A stretch of 64,000 nt of DNA from Phoronis australis (lineage: Eukaryota; Animalia; Phoronida): assembly GCA_002633005.1 (NCBI GenBank), contig NMRA01000016.1, positions 1,587,860-1,651,859 on the forward strand. Direction: 5' to 3'. A program made the position numbers and the translations under genes. The notes beneath the pieces are model-generated. The model saw only the letters and a program-made list of their open reading frames with translations, was not told the DNA's origin and did not search any database. Shown piece by piece: positions 11,501 to 23,685 of this stretch. Within the stretch, counting starts at the first letter, position 1; every line of letters begins with the position of its first letter.

Positions 11501-13295
11501 ACAAGATTTTGCTGAATTGTATAATTATAGATTTAGGAAGCAAGACTGCGTACAGACATTGTGGCTTGAAGTCTGTTAGTAGTGACTCATGCTGTGTACG
11601 AGCATCAAGCAGTTATTAACCAAAAAACGGGTGATGAGGCGAGGTCTGACGAGATTTTGTCACATCTGTGACACAACACAGTTCATACGGGACGCGATTT
11701 TGTAATGTATACCTCTAGTTATAAAATTGTATTTTTGTCAAAAGAGTCAATTAATCAGAAAAAATCACTTCGTTACTGAACATTCAAAGAGTAGAGAAGC
11801 TGTCAGCTTGGTCTTTGCACTCTGTCCGTGATAACGTGTTCTAGTGAAAATCACCATGATAACGTGTATGTCTAGCTCTTGAGGCACACACTCTATGGGT
11901 CTCTACATGAGGGAATGAACCTCCACCTTCAAGTGGCTTTCATCATTAGTAAATGAACTCCAACTGTTGTTTTAATTCACTGCATGCTTAAGTTCTACGT
12001 CTTTGTTTCTGTGTCCTGTGGTGTCTTATGCATAACTAGTATTTACATCAAGGTTGGACTGTTCTGCTTGTTCAAACTACATCTTGCTTAACGACAGTCC
12101 TTTCCTTGCTGTTGGGCAACGTTAGTTCCACGACATACTTGTTTCTTCAGTTGCCAGAGTGGCTTGATTTTAAAACTTCCGTCAAAAAATTAAATTTTTC
12201 AACTATGAAATTGGTTTCTACTTGTTCCTTACTCACATTAGAGATGGTTTCTGGGCTTGAATAAGACTGATAGGTCTATTGCTTAACATGCCAAGAACTG
12301 TATGGTGACACTTGGCTTACCTCAAAATCCAACTGCTGCCTGGTGGTAATTAATTGGTAATTGGCCAAATTATTTTGCAAACTCAGCAGAATTAATGAGG
12401 AATATGTTGTTGCAGCATTAAACAAGTCACATTCCTTGTCCAGTTTTCAAAATTCAGAAACCTAATCACAAACTTTCAAAACAAAAATTTAAGAATACTT
12501 TTGTCGGCCCTGATGTGTTTATGATGGTCGCCTGGGGCGATTTAATTAAGCACAACAGCATGGTGTCTTTGATCTAAACCGGCAAATTCTGTGGTGCGCA
12601 AACCGGTCGAGTTACCCGATCTTGACTGGTTAGGTTGGCAATGTAGAATTCTTTTCGTGGGACTCTACCAGATGTTTTGCCAAGATGGCGGCTGGTCATT
12701 TTATGCGACGAGCAGGTTCCCAACCCCAGAAATCATGATTTCTCATCTGAATACGGAATAAGTATTAGACCTGCAGTATATATTTCAAATCAAAAGTTTG
12801 TTTTGTTCCAGTTTATTGCTGTTTTGGTGTTATTTAACTCTGCTACAGCGGAGAAACCATAAAAATTTACTGCAGACTCGACTCCAAAATTAATCAGTTG
12901 TGTTGTTCGCTTTGAGACAGCTTCAAATTTCAAGGATCGGTCAATTCTTTAAAAGAGCTTCAGTACAGTTTGTTTGCCTAGTCCAGCCATGCATTGAATT
13001 GGAATTTAACTCGGTCTAGTATACATCCGAGAACCCAAGTGCTTCATGTTTAAGAACACACAAATTTCAGCTGACCAGTCAGTGTTATCTGTCCGTTTAG
13101 TTTTCTGACTGTTTTGTCTCACAAACAAGTGCATGTGTGGGGCANACAAGTGTTAGGTATGTAGCAGTAGATCTGCTTTAGTGCATTGTTATTCCTTCTT
13201 AATACTTACCTCTTCAGTCACTTGAAAATTATTTTAATTAAAATTATGTCAGCTAAGTCTTGTATTTAAGCTAGACACTGTTGCTGTTGTTGCAG

Positions 13296-13357
13296 AATTC
13301 TTAAGGCGTTGGTGCACCCTGGAACACAAAGTGTTGAGTTACTACTTGGATGATAAA
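13296..13357 (+). CDS. ARAP: ARAP PH exon, copy 1 (EFLRRWCTLEHKVLSYYLDDK)
   Basis: tgcag|...|gtaagt; F.RRWC.L...L.YY; coding sequence identical to 14482-14543; lies in the N-bounded contig, so probably an allelic copy. Confidence 0.7.
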
Positions 13358-14481
13358 GTAAGTCTGTATGATGACAGGTCAGGCCTTCATGCAGCGTACG
13401 TCCTGGGCGTCCAAAATGCGTCTATTTGGACACCCTAGCACTAATGTGGACACTCTGGCAAGGACGCCCAATGTATCATTTGGACGCCCTGTCAATCAGA
13501 ATTTCTCCAGTTTGGACACCCACATTGTAAGATTACTAAGACTCCCAGTTAATCAAAGAGAGAAGTTGGACCTTTCAACTCAGAAAGAAATATACAATGT
13601 ATTTCAAATGTTGCAATGTTCAAACTATTTTCAAAGTATTTGGTAGACCTGTCAATCATTAGCACGTGTTTGGTTGCCAGAGTGTCTTCTTTCAGTAGAC
13701 TCATGTGCCACCGCAATTCTGTACTTTATATGGGGACACGGACCTTGCTCAACTCCAAACTGGTGTTTCAGAGCTGTAGTTTCATCTACTTCATCTTTTT
13801 TTGAAAACACCGAAAGCGAAATAAATGTCATTATTTTAATAATATGATGTGCCGCAAGAATATCCCCATTTAAAATGTTTGAGTTTTCGCCCGTTTCATG
13901 CTTTTGTATGTGCGTCTAAAATGGAGCAGCAGTGACACCTGTTGCCAAAATATAAACCACACATCATCTGTGCATTTTTCTTTTGTTGGTAACTGCAGCT
14001 TTGATGACTCATTGTACAGAATATAAAGCTAGTGAAGTTGATATAATAAACTTTATAACAGAATTTGACTTGAGATGACCAAAAACAGTGCACTCATCGT
14101 TCAACCAATATCTGTAATATCTGTAATACCTGTTTGGTAAGCTTTTTGGCTGTTTTNTGTTTGCCTAGTCCAGCCATGCATTGAATTGGAATTTAACTCG
14201 GTCTAGTATACATCCGAGAACCCAAGTGCTTCATGTTTAAGAACACACAAATTTCAGCTGACCAGTCAGTGTTATCTGTCCGTTTAGTTTTCTGACTGTT
14301 TTGTCTCACAAACAAGTGCATGTGTGGGGCAGCAAGTGTTAGATATGTAGCAGTAGAACTGCTTTAGTGCATTGTTATTCCTTCTTAATACTTACCTCTT
14401 CAATCACTTGAAAATTATTTTAATTAAAATTATGTCAACTAAGTCTTGTATTTAAGCTAGGCACTGTTGCTGTTGTTGCAG

Positions 14482-14543
14482 AATTCTTAAGGCGTTGGTG
14501 CACCCTGGAACACAAAGTGTTGAGTTACTACTTGGATGATAAA
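14482..14543 (+). CDS. ARAP: ARAP PH exon, copy 2 (EFLRRWCTLEHKVLSYYLDDK)
   Basis: tgcag|...|gtaagt; phase 1 to 0; only one 62-nt copy can be used without a frameshift. Confidence 0.85.
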
Positions 14544-15002
14544 GTAAGTCTGTATGATAACAGGTCATTATTAATTGATAACAGGTCATTATTAATTGAT
14601 AACAGTCTTGAATTAGAGAACAGAACATCAATCATGTGTACTGCGCGCAAGTGTAGTCTCTTTAATAATTAGCAATGTTAGTTAGGTTGCATGAGGTAGT
14701 AAGATAGCCATCATATATAATCAGTCAGAACCCTACTTCCCAGACCTTTGCAAAGTACCAGATAATTTTTTTCTCTTGGTGTCTCCGGTTTACTTTGTGA
14801 CATGTTTCTGGAATAAATGGAAAGACCACAGTTTCAGTTATGTACTGGTGAGAGACTGCAGTCAGTTATGTTTCAGATTGTGGTCAAACACTACCAAGAG
14901 CGGTTAGTTTTTCGTTGTTCACTCACAATCCCCGCATTGATACACGGTAGTTTAACGCTTAGACTTAATTTGAAATTGCTGTACAGTATCTGTTTACTTA
15001 GG

Positions 15003-15115
15003 TCCAAGCTTTTGAACAGGCTTTATATCAAAACTGATGTCCAAGCTTTTGAACAGCCTGTATATCAAAGTTGATGTCCAAGCTTTTGAACAGGCTGTAT
15101 AATATCAAAATTGAT
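15003..15115 (+). repeat. ~37-bp tandem repeat x3 (tccaagcttttgaacaggct.tatatcaaaa.tgatg)
   Basis: Three visible copies just upstream of exon 15158. Confidence 0.85.
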
Positions 15116-15157
15116 ACAATTCGTGATATTTACACCATGCATATGTTTCTACCCCAG

Positions 15158-15225
15158 TCCACCTCCCCAAAGGACTCTATTCAAGCCAGTGAGATGATCA
15201 CCATCACGCAGACGTCCAATGAAAG
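15158..15225 (+). CDS. ARAP: ARAP exon PH (STSPKDSIQASEMITITQTSNE)
   Basis: cccag|...|gtaggg; phase 0 to 2; resembles ARAP S..P..EI...EI. Confidence 0.88.
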
Positions 15226-16275
15226 GTAGGGAACCTGTCGAGTGCGGAGCTATTGTGTTGCATGCGTTGCATAAACAGAATGGCAATATGCTACTGTCAA
15301 TGTGTCACTGAGGTTAAAGAGTAACACTGAAATAGCTTGCAACTTTCTGGTATCAGTTTGTTGTTGGCCTTCACCTCACAATTCCATTTCTGGTTTGTTA
15401 TTTCTTCTTCAGAAAAGTACGACAAATACAAATTACCTAGTATTCAGAAATTATTAAAATATGTACATATTGACCGCCACAAAGGCAAGCACCAAGTTTT
15501 AACATCATTTAGTCAGTTAGGTAGAAGAGTTCCTTTCCTGTGTGACACAGAACTCTGTGAAACTATGAACCTTGTTTTAAGCTGTTTAAGTAACGATATA
15601 GTACTTCATACTCATTTCTTTTTGTTTCTCTGGTAAAAAGTTGTGCAAGTTTCATTCAGCAAAATTACTGTTCACTGCAAAATGAGTTAAGAAAAAACAC
15701 AGTTTTTAGTTAGCTACCATCATTTAAATGTTTCTATAACCCAAATGTTAATCTGTATTGACTAAATTGTAGTCGGCAGGGGAAAGAATGCATGATTTTC
15801 TCATTTGTTCTGGTATATGTTCCAGGAAACGCATTGTGTAGGTCGTTTTACCGCCCACTCAGGTCATGAGTCTGTTCAGCTTTCACATTGAATCTAGAAA
15901 GACGAAATCCTAGCATGCATTCCTAGCTCCATCTGACTTGATGAACATGGATCGTTATGCTTTATCCTGCACGGCTCTGCATGTCTGGAATGGTTTGGCC
16001 TTTCATTTGGTGTCTCGGTTTTGACGGCAGCCTGCATGATCTGGAAAGTTGGTTTTTACTCAGTTGACTCCACTTCCTTATGGAATTGGCTTTATAGAAA
16101 TTAGTTTTCTGTTTGCAAATTAAGTCCATTCTGTTCACCTCAATTCTGGCAGTGTTGAACTCGATCTGATTTAGAAGTCTATGAAACTAGAGTTTGCAAA
16201 GTATGGTGCCTTTAGTTTGAACTTAATTTTAGTGGCTTAGACTGTAAGCTATTCATGTCTCTATTTGTGTGTGTA

Positions 16276-16512
16276 TGGTTCTTGATGCACTTGTTGCCAT
16301 GGAGATGGCGTGTGATGGTTCTTGGTGCACTTGTTGCCATGGAGGTGGCATGTGATGGTTATTGGTGCATTTGTTGCCATGGAGATGGCATGTGATGGTT
16401 CTTGAGGCACTTGTTGCCATGGAGATGGCATGTGATGGTTCATGATGCACTTGTTGCCATGGAGATGGCATGTGATGGTTCGTGATGCACTTGTTGCCAT
16501 GGAGAGGGCATA
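16276..16512 (+). repeat. 40-bp minisatellite x6 (tggttcttgatgcacttgttgccatggagatggcatgtga)
   Basis: Exact 40-bp period; produces the repetitive ORFs at 16253-16641. Confidence 0.95.
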
Positions 16513-17046
16513 TGAGGCAGCTGTATACCTGAATCGTTTGTTAACAAAGTAAGGGATACAAATTAAAGAATTAATTCTTATTAGAATAGTAATGTGCACA
16601 CGTTTTGGGTAAATTAAATCCATTTTGAAGGGCAAGATCATGAACTTTGAAAGTTGAAAAGTCTTCTTCTGCCTTGCGCCTTACATGGCGTACAAAAGAC
16701 TTGGCAGCCTGTATTTATTCAATGGTTTTCGAGGCTTGTTTTCAATCTTTTATTTTTCTGTGGTGCTTGCATGTTCATACTCATGCCAAAACATTAGGTA
16801 TTGGTCCCATGCTTTCAATTCTGGTTTGCTCAAGTGGCAAGTAATGGTTTCATGTCTTCGAGTTATCTGTGATGTCACCGGATGTTTACGAGTCGACAAT
16901 TGGCCCACAGTGCATTTGGTAAAATGTCAGTAGCGGCGCAGATGAATTCCGTCGTCTTGTGACTGACAGCAACTAAGTGTGTTTTTGAGTTAGTCTTTTA
17001 GTTTTATAAGTGTAATTAATAGTAACTGTTGCGTGATTCGTTACAG

Positions 17047-17155
17047 GTTCCGTTTCTGTTTTGAGCTCAGCACGTTGAAGGACTCTGGGAGGGTGTATTT
17101 GTTTGCTCTTGAAGATCACGATGACCGTCTGGCATGGACAATGGCCATTGCTAAG
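17047..17155 (+). CDS. ARAP: ARAP exon: PH C-terminal half (RFRFCFELSTLKDSGRVYLFALEDHDDRLAWTMAIAK)
   Basis: tacag|...|gtagca; FE...R.YLF...W...IAK PH helix; phase 2 to 0. Confidence 0.93.
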
Positions 17156-18165
17156 GTAGCACATTAGCACTGTGCATATCAACAGGTGTTATGTACTGAT
17201 AGAATGTTGTGCTCACAGGAGACTTGTTGGAATGGTTGAGGCTGCGTAAATGGGGGAGGTTGGGACTAAACATTGGGGGGACTACACGCGTATAAAAGGC
17301 CTTTGGGATGTTCGGATAATTTTAACGTCACTATGCCAAGTACTTATCAATTACTTGTCATGCACAGAAACATTGGGGATATGCTGTTGCATTTAATGCC
17401 CTTCCAGACCATCTCCGTGACAACAGGAGGCGCAGAACTCCAGAGCTGATGTTGCCTGTAAACATCTGGCTCGACGACACGTGAGCAAGGCTTTTGTTAT
17501 CGCTTTTAGTAGCATGACCATATGTTGTACCAGCCTCGAGCTGTCAGCTACCATCGTTAAGTTCAGACCGTTGGGAGGAAGTCTGCGTGGAGGTGCGTCA
17601 ACGAGACAGCAGCTTAACATCGGACGAGGGAGAGGGGTCACTGTGCCAATCTTGGTTACTGGACAAATTCTCCAAATTGTTGCCAAGTTTAGTCTATTGC
17701 TCTTTTTAGAAGAATTCCATTGCACTACAGAACTATATGCGTGTGTTTATCCAAAATAATATGTTTTTCAACTGAAGGTAACTTTTGTCTTGAGTGTTTC
17801 ACATAAGAGCGCATCCATCCAAGCTTGGCTCATAGGGGCATACTGCTGTAACTTGGTATTCTGCTAGTCTTGAACTGGAGTTTTGTGTGTTTTTGTCCTG
17901 TCTTTGTACTTTAGGATTAATACATAGTTATATTAGTGTTGATATATACACAATGAATATCATTTTGTCACGCCCAGCTTCACTCGTGTAATATTTTTAA
18001 AACGTCCATTCTATGGTTTTATTTAAGTGTTTCACACATGTGTGTGGTATTGTTATGATGTGATAGAATAATTTTATGAATTTCAAGTAGTTAATACATT
18101 AAGAAAAAAATCTGTTACTGCTCCTCCACTACGTTCTTAGAGAATATTTAAATTTTCCTTTTCAG

Positions 18166-18252
18166 TCTTTCTGTCCTGATGGTGCGGTTGACTACATCAA
18201 GAAGTCCTTTGACAGGGCGGGCTATGTGTACATAAAGGAGGGCTTAAATGCC
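18166..18252 (+). CDS. ARAP: ARAP exon (SFCPDGAVDYIKKSFDRAGYVYIKEGLNA)
   Basis: ttcag|...|gtgagt; F.R.G..Y.K.GL start of next PH; phase 0 to 0. Confidence 0.92.
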
Positions 18253-18819
18253 GTGAGTCGTGTGTAGTCACGTATAGAGAATCAAGCTTGTTGTGTGCAC
18301 AGGGCATCAAAAGTCGAGAGTCGCTCATATTCGTTTGTCAAGTTGCTTGGACATTTTCCATTAGGGTGTTACAAATTCAACCAAACGCTCACATTTTCTC
18401 TGTTGTGGCACACCGATTATAACTTTCCAGTTTAATTTGTGATACTGTGAAGGTTGGTGTTTGTATCTCTTCTGATGTTGCTGTACATTAATGGCGAATC
18501 TCAAAAATGATTGCAAGCCTTAAGAATTTGCTTGAATGACTGCTCAGAATATAATCATTTCATGATTGTCTTATTATTTACATTTAAAAATAATCAAGAA
18601 TTACAACTACGGTACGTGCTGTAGTATGACACATGGGGGAGTAACAATGATAGCTGCACTGTGCTAACAGTTTTGCCAAGGATGAGAAACTGTGCCCAGG
18701 TCTATTGTGACTTGCAGCTGATTAGCTAGTCAGAGTATATGTCAGTTGAGCTGGAGAATTGTTTTTCTACCCTGAGGTCATGACGTTATCACCAAGCAAG
18801 ATATTGTTCCTTGTTTCAG

Positions 18820-18882
18820 AAGTGGATTAAGTCCTGGATTCAACTTCACATGGAATCTCGCATGCTTTACATGTTTGATGAG
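18820..18882 (+). CDS. ARAP: ARAP exon PH (KWIKSWIQLHMESRMLYMFDE)
   Basis: tttcag|...|gtatgt; phase 0 to 0. Confidence 0.88.
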
Positions 18883-19003
18883 GTATGTAATGCTCCCATT
18901 GTCTTCTCTTGTTCAGATTTTTGGAGATTTTCTCCACATGTATCGTTATGTAGAAGTTTTTTGGGTGACTGTTCATATTGCTCTCACTGTTTATTTGTTC
19001 TAG

Positions 19004-19052
19004 GGCACCTGTGAATTTGAAGAAATCGATCTTCGCAAAGTCACCAAGATTC
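19004..19052 (+). CDS. ARAP: ARAP exon PH (GTCEFEEIDLRKVTKI)
   Basis: ttctag|...|gtgagt; IDLRK motif; phase 0 to 1. Confidence 0.9.
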
Positions 19053-19351
19053 GTGAGTATTGGTTATAGTATTATATTAATTATGGAATAGAATCATTCA
19101 AAACACCCTAATAACTTGTTGGGTCATATTTCGGTAACTGATAAGTGAACATTTGGTTTCTTTGAAGTTGTCTATCTGTCAGTTTGTGAACCTCAAAGTG
19201 AACTGGATGTTTTTCTAAACATTTCATTGGCTGACACATTAAGCTTGACTTTGTCCAATGACCGCAAGCTTTTGATTCTTCCTCTTAGGTGACATGCAAT
19301 TAGTATCCACTGAAAAGAATGTTATCACTTTCTTGTTCCTTGATCTTTCAG

Positions 19352-19406
19352 AGGCAGTTGATTCAGTAGATCAAGGACACGTGTTTGTTGTTTATTTACC
19401 TGGGAG
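19352..19406 (+). CDS. ARAP: ARAP exon PH (QAVDSVDQGHVFVVYLPGR)
   Basis: tttcag|...|gtaaga; phase 1 to 2. Confidence 0.87.
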
Positions 19407-19439
19407 GTAAGATGAGCTTGACCTTTTCTAGTGAAAGCA

Positions 19440-19605
19440 TAAATCCCTGAGCCTCATTGAGCCAATTGGTAGCTCTGGTTTCTGTAGCTTCGGTGTTTGA
19501 GATTCTTGCTACTTCCCTGGATAAGATGCAGGGTACTTACTAGCAACCCTGGCTGATAATAATTTTATGTAGCTTATCTAGTGGAGCAATGCAATGTAAG
19601 TTTAT
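19440..19605 (-). mobile_element. Degenerate SINE body fragment
   Basis: ctctggtttctgtagc...ctacttccctggataagatgcagggta...gtggagcaatg..gtaag resembles widespread invertebrate tRNA-SINE bodies (from recall, not a search). Confidence 0.4.
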
Positions 19606-19892
19606 GGCGGATCTTATCGACTTGTCCGTTTATTTAGCCAAATATCTACAAAGTTGGTAACCTTTGCTATCATTTGTTACATATTGTATATAATATCTGT
19701 TAGTATCAATGTTACTTTTTAAATGATTTATCCAGTACACTATTTTCATGCTGCATTTCAATCTGTCCTAGTTAATATGCTATTGTCCTCTAATTGTCCA
19801 AAATTTGTCATTAGGAACATCACAAAGCTAAATTTGACTGCATGATGATTCTGATATTGAAAGTCATAACAAAATTTACGTGTATATTTTAG

Positions 19893-19965
19893 GTGGCTGT
19901 ACATTCAAGCTGACGTCCAAAAAGAAACAGAGTCTTGGCTGAATGATTTAAACACAGTTGCTACG
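19893..19965 (+). CDS. ARAP: ARAP exon PH end (WLYIQADVQKETESWLNDLNTVAT)
   Basis: ttttag|...|gtaatt; R.LYIQ.......W PH helix; phase 2 to 0. Confidence 0.92.
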
Positions 19966-20965
19966 GTAATTTTACTAAAATTAAACAACCAGTTTTTTAT
20001 AAGTGTAAACCATTTGAATAGTAAGACTTAATTGTGAATTTTCACGTGACTTTTTCTGCACACACCAAAAGTGATCTAACAAAGTGGCCTGAAATTCTCA
20101 TTATAACAACAGGGGGTGGATGGAACTCACAAAGAGGCAGTTAGCTGTAAAGATGAGTTGTGACTGGTCATTGCTTATTACGACTGGGGAAATGGAGTTT
20201 TTTGTCCAGTCAGTGTTTGTGTGAATTGTATGTCTCTACTGTTTCTGCATGTCAAAGCAGCGCTGTCGGTTGTTTTGGGAGTGCATGTCTGTTTATTGGT
20301 GTATTAAATTAGATTTCCTCTACCGTTTTTTGTACACAAGCGATATCTGACTTACAGCTAATTATAATTTTAGTCAGTTTGGGACGTGAAAAAATGTTGT
20401 GAGATGTCATTTATTTTGTAACATTTGAGGATCTTTCCATGATGACATGAGAGGCCAAATGTGTGTGCAACGGTATGTATAAACCAAAAATTTTTAATGT
20501 GCAACTGAAAATATTAAAGCAGAAATTCTTATCACAAATTTACTTGGTAAGTTATTAGGGCAAGTGATCATTTATCTTCTATTTTCTGTCATTTGACAGC
20601 ATGCAAAAATGATACAATCGCATTGTGAAATACATACATTAGAGCAAGTCAGACAAAACTTCCACACATTTAACAATTATTCAACATTGATGTATGAGCC
20701 TCTGTTTCGGAGGTATGTCGTTGGATGGTTGTACTGTCCACCCTATGATTGGGCGTTAGCTGACTAAATTCAGTTATCTGGCCTAAAATGAGCTTATATT
20801 TGTTCTTAGTTTTTCTACTGAAATGAGATTAGGCACCACTTCTCCTCATATCTTAATTCAATGGGCTCACTTCCTGTCTGAGGTATGTCTTTGATCACTG
20901 ATATTGTCTTGTTAGCCAATAACCACAAACCATTGTCATGTCATTTCATCATTCTGGTATTTCAG

Positions 20966-21056
20966 TCAACAAGCCAGTCACTCTCTGATCAACAATTGAC
21001 TGCCGAGAATATTCCAGTCTTGGTCGACAAATGTATCAACTTCATATATACTCATG
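20966..21056 (+). CDS. ARAP: ARAP exon: RhoGAP start (STSQSLSDQQLTAENIPVLVDKCINFIYTHG)
   Basis: tttcag|...|gtaagc; LS.QQL...IPV.VD.CI.FI..HG; phase 0 to 1. Confidence 0.95.
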
Positions 21057-21823
21057 GTAAGCCAGAAGCCCTCCCCCCCTTCCATGAAATGTATTGCAAA
21101 CTTCAGTTAATTAGACTGTTAGCACAAGTCAAGTTAATTTCATAATCTCACGGTTAGAAATCATTTATCAGTGTATACTGCAAGGTTTAAAGGGTCGTAT
21201 TGCAGTATGAATTCTCCGTTAAGTCAAAAATGTTAGATCATTTTGTTTCATTTGACAAAGTCATTTGAGACTTGCAGTTTCTTATCACTAGAGTTTGGAG
21301 TCTAATCTTTTTATTTCTGCATCGAACTCAAAAATACTTTTGACATCCTCTGTTCTCCTTTCATACAAAATCAAGGTAATTATCTATTAGTCTGTGCTTG
21401 AGTACGTTATGGACTACGTCAGTGTGTGTACAGTTCAAATTTGCACCTGATGACCTCTATACTCAAGCTAAAAACTTCTGTAAAAGTTTGATATTATGAG
21501 TGAAAACTCAAGATTATGAGTTCAGACTCGAACTTGTAGCTTGGCATTGTAGGTTTAATGCTGGGATCGTCAAGTGCAAAATATGAGTACACGGTTGTCC
21601 ACGTAAACGCTGATATTTCCGTGAACAGAATATTCAAGTAATAAACTCTTGAGTTTGAAAGTGAAATTGGTGAAAAATGAAATAACTAAATTTTAGTCTT
21701 GAAATTTTTATTTCTTGAAAATGACTAGGTAAAAGGTGAGACTTCAGTTGATTTTTCTCTATCAACACTGTGGCAAGCAGTATCTGTTACTGCAGATATG
21801 ATAGTTTGGACTATATTTTCCAG

Positions 21824-21901
21824 GCATGACAATAGAGGGCATTTACAGACATAATGGACAGCACTCCAAAGTGACAGCTCTTCTTCAAGCGTTTGCTCAA
21901 G
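21824..21901 (+). CDS. ARAP: ARAP exon: RhoGAP arginine finger (GMTIEGIYRHNGQHSKVTALLQAFAQ)
   Basis: ttccag|...|gtaagt; EGIYR catalytic Arg; phase 1 to 1. Confidence 0.95.
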
Positions 21902-22312
21902 GTAAGTCCCACTGATCATCATAAATGTGGCATTCAAATTTCCGGTGTTACAACTGTGCTTTGCTCAATATTGTAATTGTATAGGACCCATCGGACAACA
22001 ATACCCAGAGTTACGCTTCCTCCCCACCATTTTAGTAAAAATGTGACAGAGTGGTGATGTCACTGACTGTACCTTCCTGATAGTCCTGGTAGAAACAAAG
22101 AAGTACACATTGGGTGCATTCTGTAGACACAAAACCATGTGTAGGAAAGTGATTAAAGCGATATATATTTAACTTGGTCAATGAGGCTTTAAGCTGAATG
22201 CAGCAGAGCGAGGTAATCTAATGTGAAATAATTTGCTGGGCATGCATATCAAACACTAGCGTCTACCTGGACTCTGTTGCAATTAGATATTTATTACTTA
22301 TTTGTTGTCCAG

Positions 22313-22450
22313 ATGCCCGTGCTGTGGTGTTAAAGTTGGAGGATTATGGAGTGCATGATGTGGCCAACAGTTTAAAAAGATTCTTCAGACAGGGCCTGAC
22401 CGATCCACTTCTTACCAAGGAACTCTACTCACAGTGGTTAGATACTGCGG
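22313..22450 (+). CDS. ARAP: ARAP exon RhoGAP (DARAVVLKLEDYGVHDVANSLKRFFRQGLTDPLLTKELYSQWLDTA)
   Basis: gtccag|...|gtgagt; VHDVA..LKRFFR...DPLLT; phase 1 to 1. Confidence 0.95.
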
Positions 22451-23119
22451 GTGAGTCAGTCGCATAATACGCCATAAGATGTTTTGAGCGAGAACTGGGA
22501 TAAGAATGCGTTACACTGCTGTTTAGCTGTCTAAATTTAAAACTAGGACACTTACCTCTGCAAAAATAATCTCAATTTTTTTACTGTCATTTTCGTTTCC
22601 AATGCCGTTGTGCTTCAGAAAGTCCTAGAGATGGTCAGCTTTTCTGAAATTGGATTATTTCAAGTCAGTGGCAAGTTAACAGTAAACTGCAACTGAATGT
22701 TGAAGTCAATGCTGTTTTGGCACATTTTTAAATTTAGTTTGATAAACTAATTAGCATATTTCTTACAAGAAAAGGTCAGCTGTAGGAGCTGTGGTTCTTC
22801 ATTGCAGATGGAACATTTTAGTTTTTATCTCAAACTTTTTGGTGGATTCTAGATTTTTGGTGAGTATTTGCCACAAGTTGTCGTCAAACGCTCATTTCCA
22901 ATATTTCAGCACAGAGATGGGTATCAAATCATTGGTATTGATATGAAACACTCCTCAATGTGCTGGAGGCCTGTATTAGAGTTATTAACCCTGTGTGGCT
23001 GGAGACCAGTATAGCCTTGTGTGGCTAAAGGTCAGTTTTAGAGTTACTAGCCTGATGTGGCTACCCTGCCATTGTCTTTCTGGTGGGGTCATCTGTTCTG
23101 TCTACCTTGGTCAGACCTT

Positions 23120-23521
23120 GGCCTGCCGTTTAATGTTTGTACTGGAAATCAAATGTGAAATTATTTTTGACATTTTACAATCTAATTTAGCGCAAAGTCA
23201 AGATAAAATCATTTTCTGTGCTTGAATATGTTATCAATGGTTTATGCTGGCGAGTGTAAAGTCCAACTTTGCACTGGATGACCCCTATATTCGAGCCTCA
23301 AACTCGAGTAAAATCTCAAGATTTTATATTCGGACTGGAACTTGTAGCTGTAATGCTGGGGTCATCAAGTGTAAATTAAGAGGACGCAGACATCCACGTA
23401 AACCATAATATGCTCGAGCGCAGAATAATCAACACTTATGTCGAACTCAAACAAAAGTAGAATGGAAATGTCGAAAATAATCTCAAATTCGATTTTAAGT
23501 ACCAAGAGGCGACCCCGGGCC
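23120..23521. mobile_element. MITE of the ctcgag/ctcgaa-rich family (see 34840-35246; fragments near 21450-21720 and 24290-24790)
   Basis: Inverted ends tactggaaatcaaatgtgaaattatttttgacatt / aatgtcgaaaataatctcaaattcgattttaagta; shared core aaactcgagtaaaa..tcaagatt..actcgaacttgtagc. Confidence 0.6.
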
Positions 23522-23579
23522 CTGGTGTGGGTGACTCGAGCTTGGTGGTAAATATGCTGACTACATATTGTTTGTCCAG

Positions 23580-23685
23580 GTATGGTGGACCATGACGTAA
23601 AGATGCGCTGGTACAAACACCTGGTGGACAAACTACCTGAGGTGAACAAGTGCACGCTGAAGAAGCTAATACTTCACCTCAAAAA
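23580..23685 (+). CDS. ARAP: ARAP exon RhoGAP (GMVDHDVKMRWYKHLVDKLPEVNKCTLKKLILHLK)
   Basis: gtccag|...|gtaagt; LP.VN..TL..LI.HL; phase 1 to 2. Confidence 0.95.

Larger units (their letters stand above)
12971..14567 (+). repeat. ~410-bp direct duplication (12971-13381 vs 14158-14567) containing one ARAP exon; N joins at 13145 and 14157
   Basis: Apparently identical before 13145, about 6 substitutions after; the copies diverge after gtaagtctgtatgat(g/a)acaggtca. Confidence 0.85.

Noticed and set aside
12114-12156. Minus-strand GGCAA-CUGAAGA-AACAAGUAUGU...UUGCC sharing a 13-mer with the 6829 hammerhead
   Set aside because: No GAAA core box and no proper stem II; at most a decayed or chance match.
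14692-14710. TGAGGTAGTA, matching the 5' end of let-7
   Set aside because: Only 10 nt match, the rest diverges, and there is no complementary precursor arm.
16253-16641. Repetitive ORFs (MPSPWQQVH..., MATSASRT...)
   Set aside because: Translations of the 40-bp minisatellite; not CRISPR-like because there are no unique spacers.
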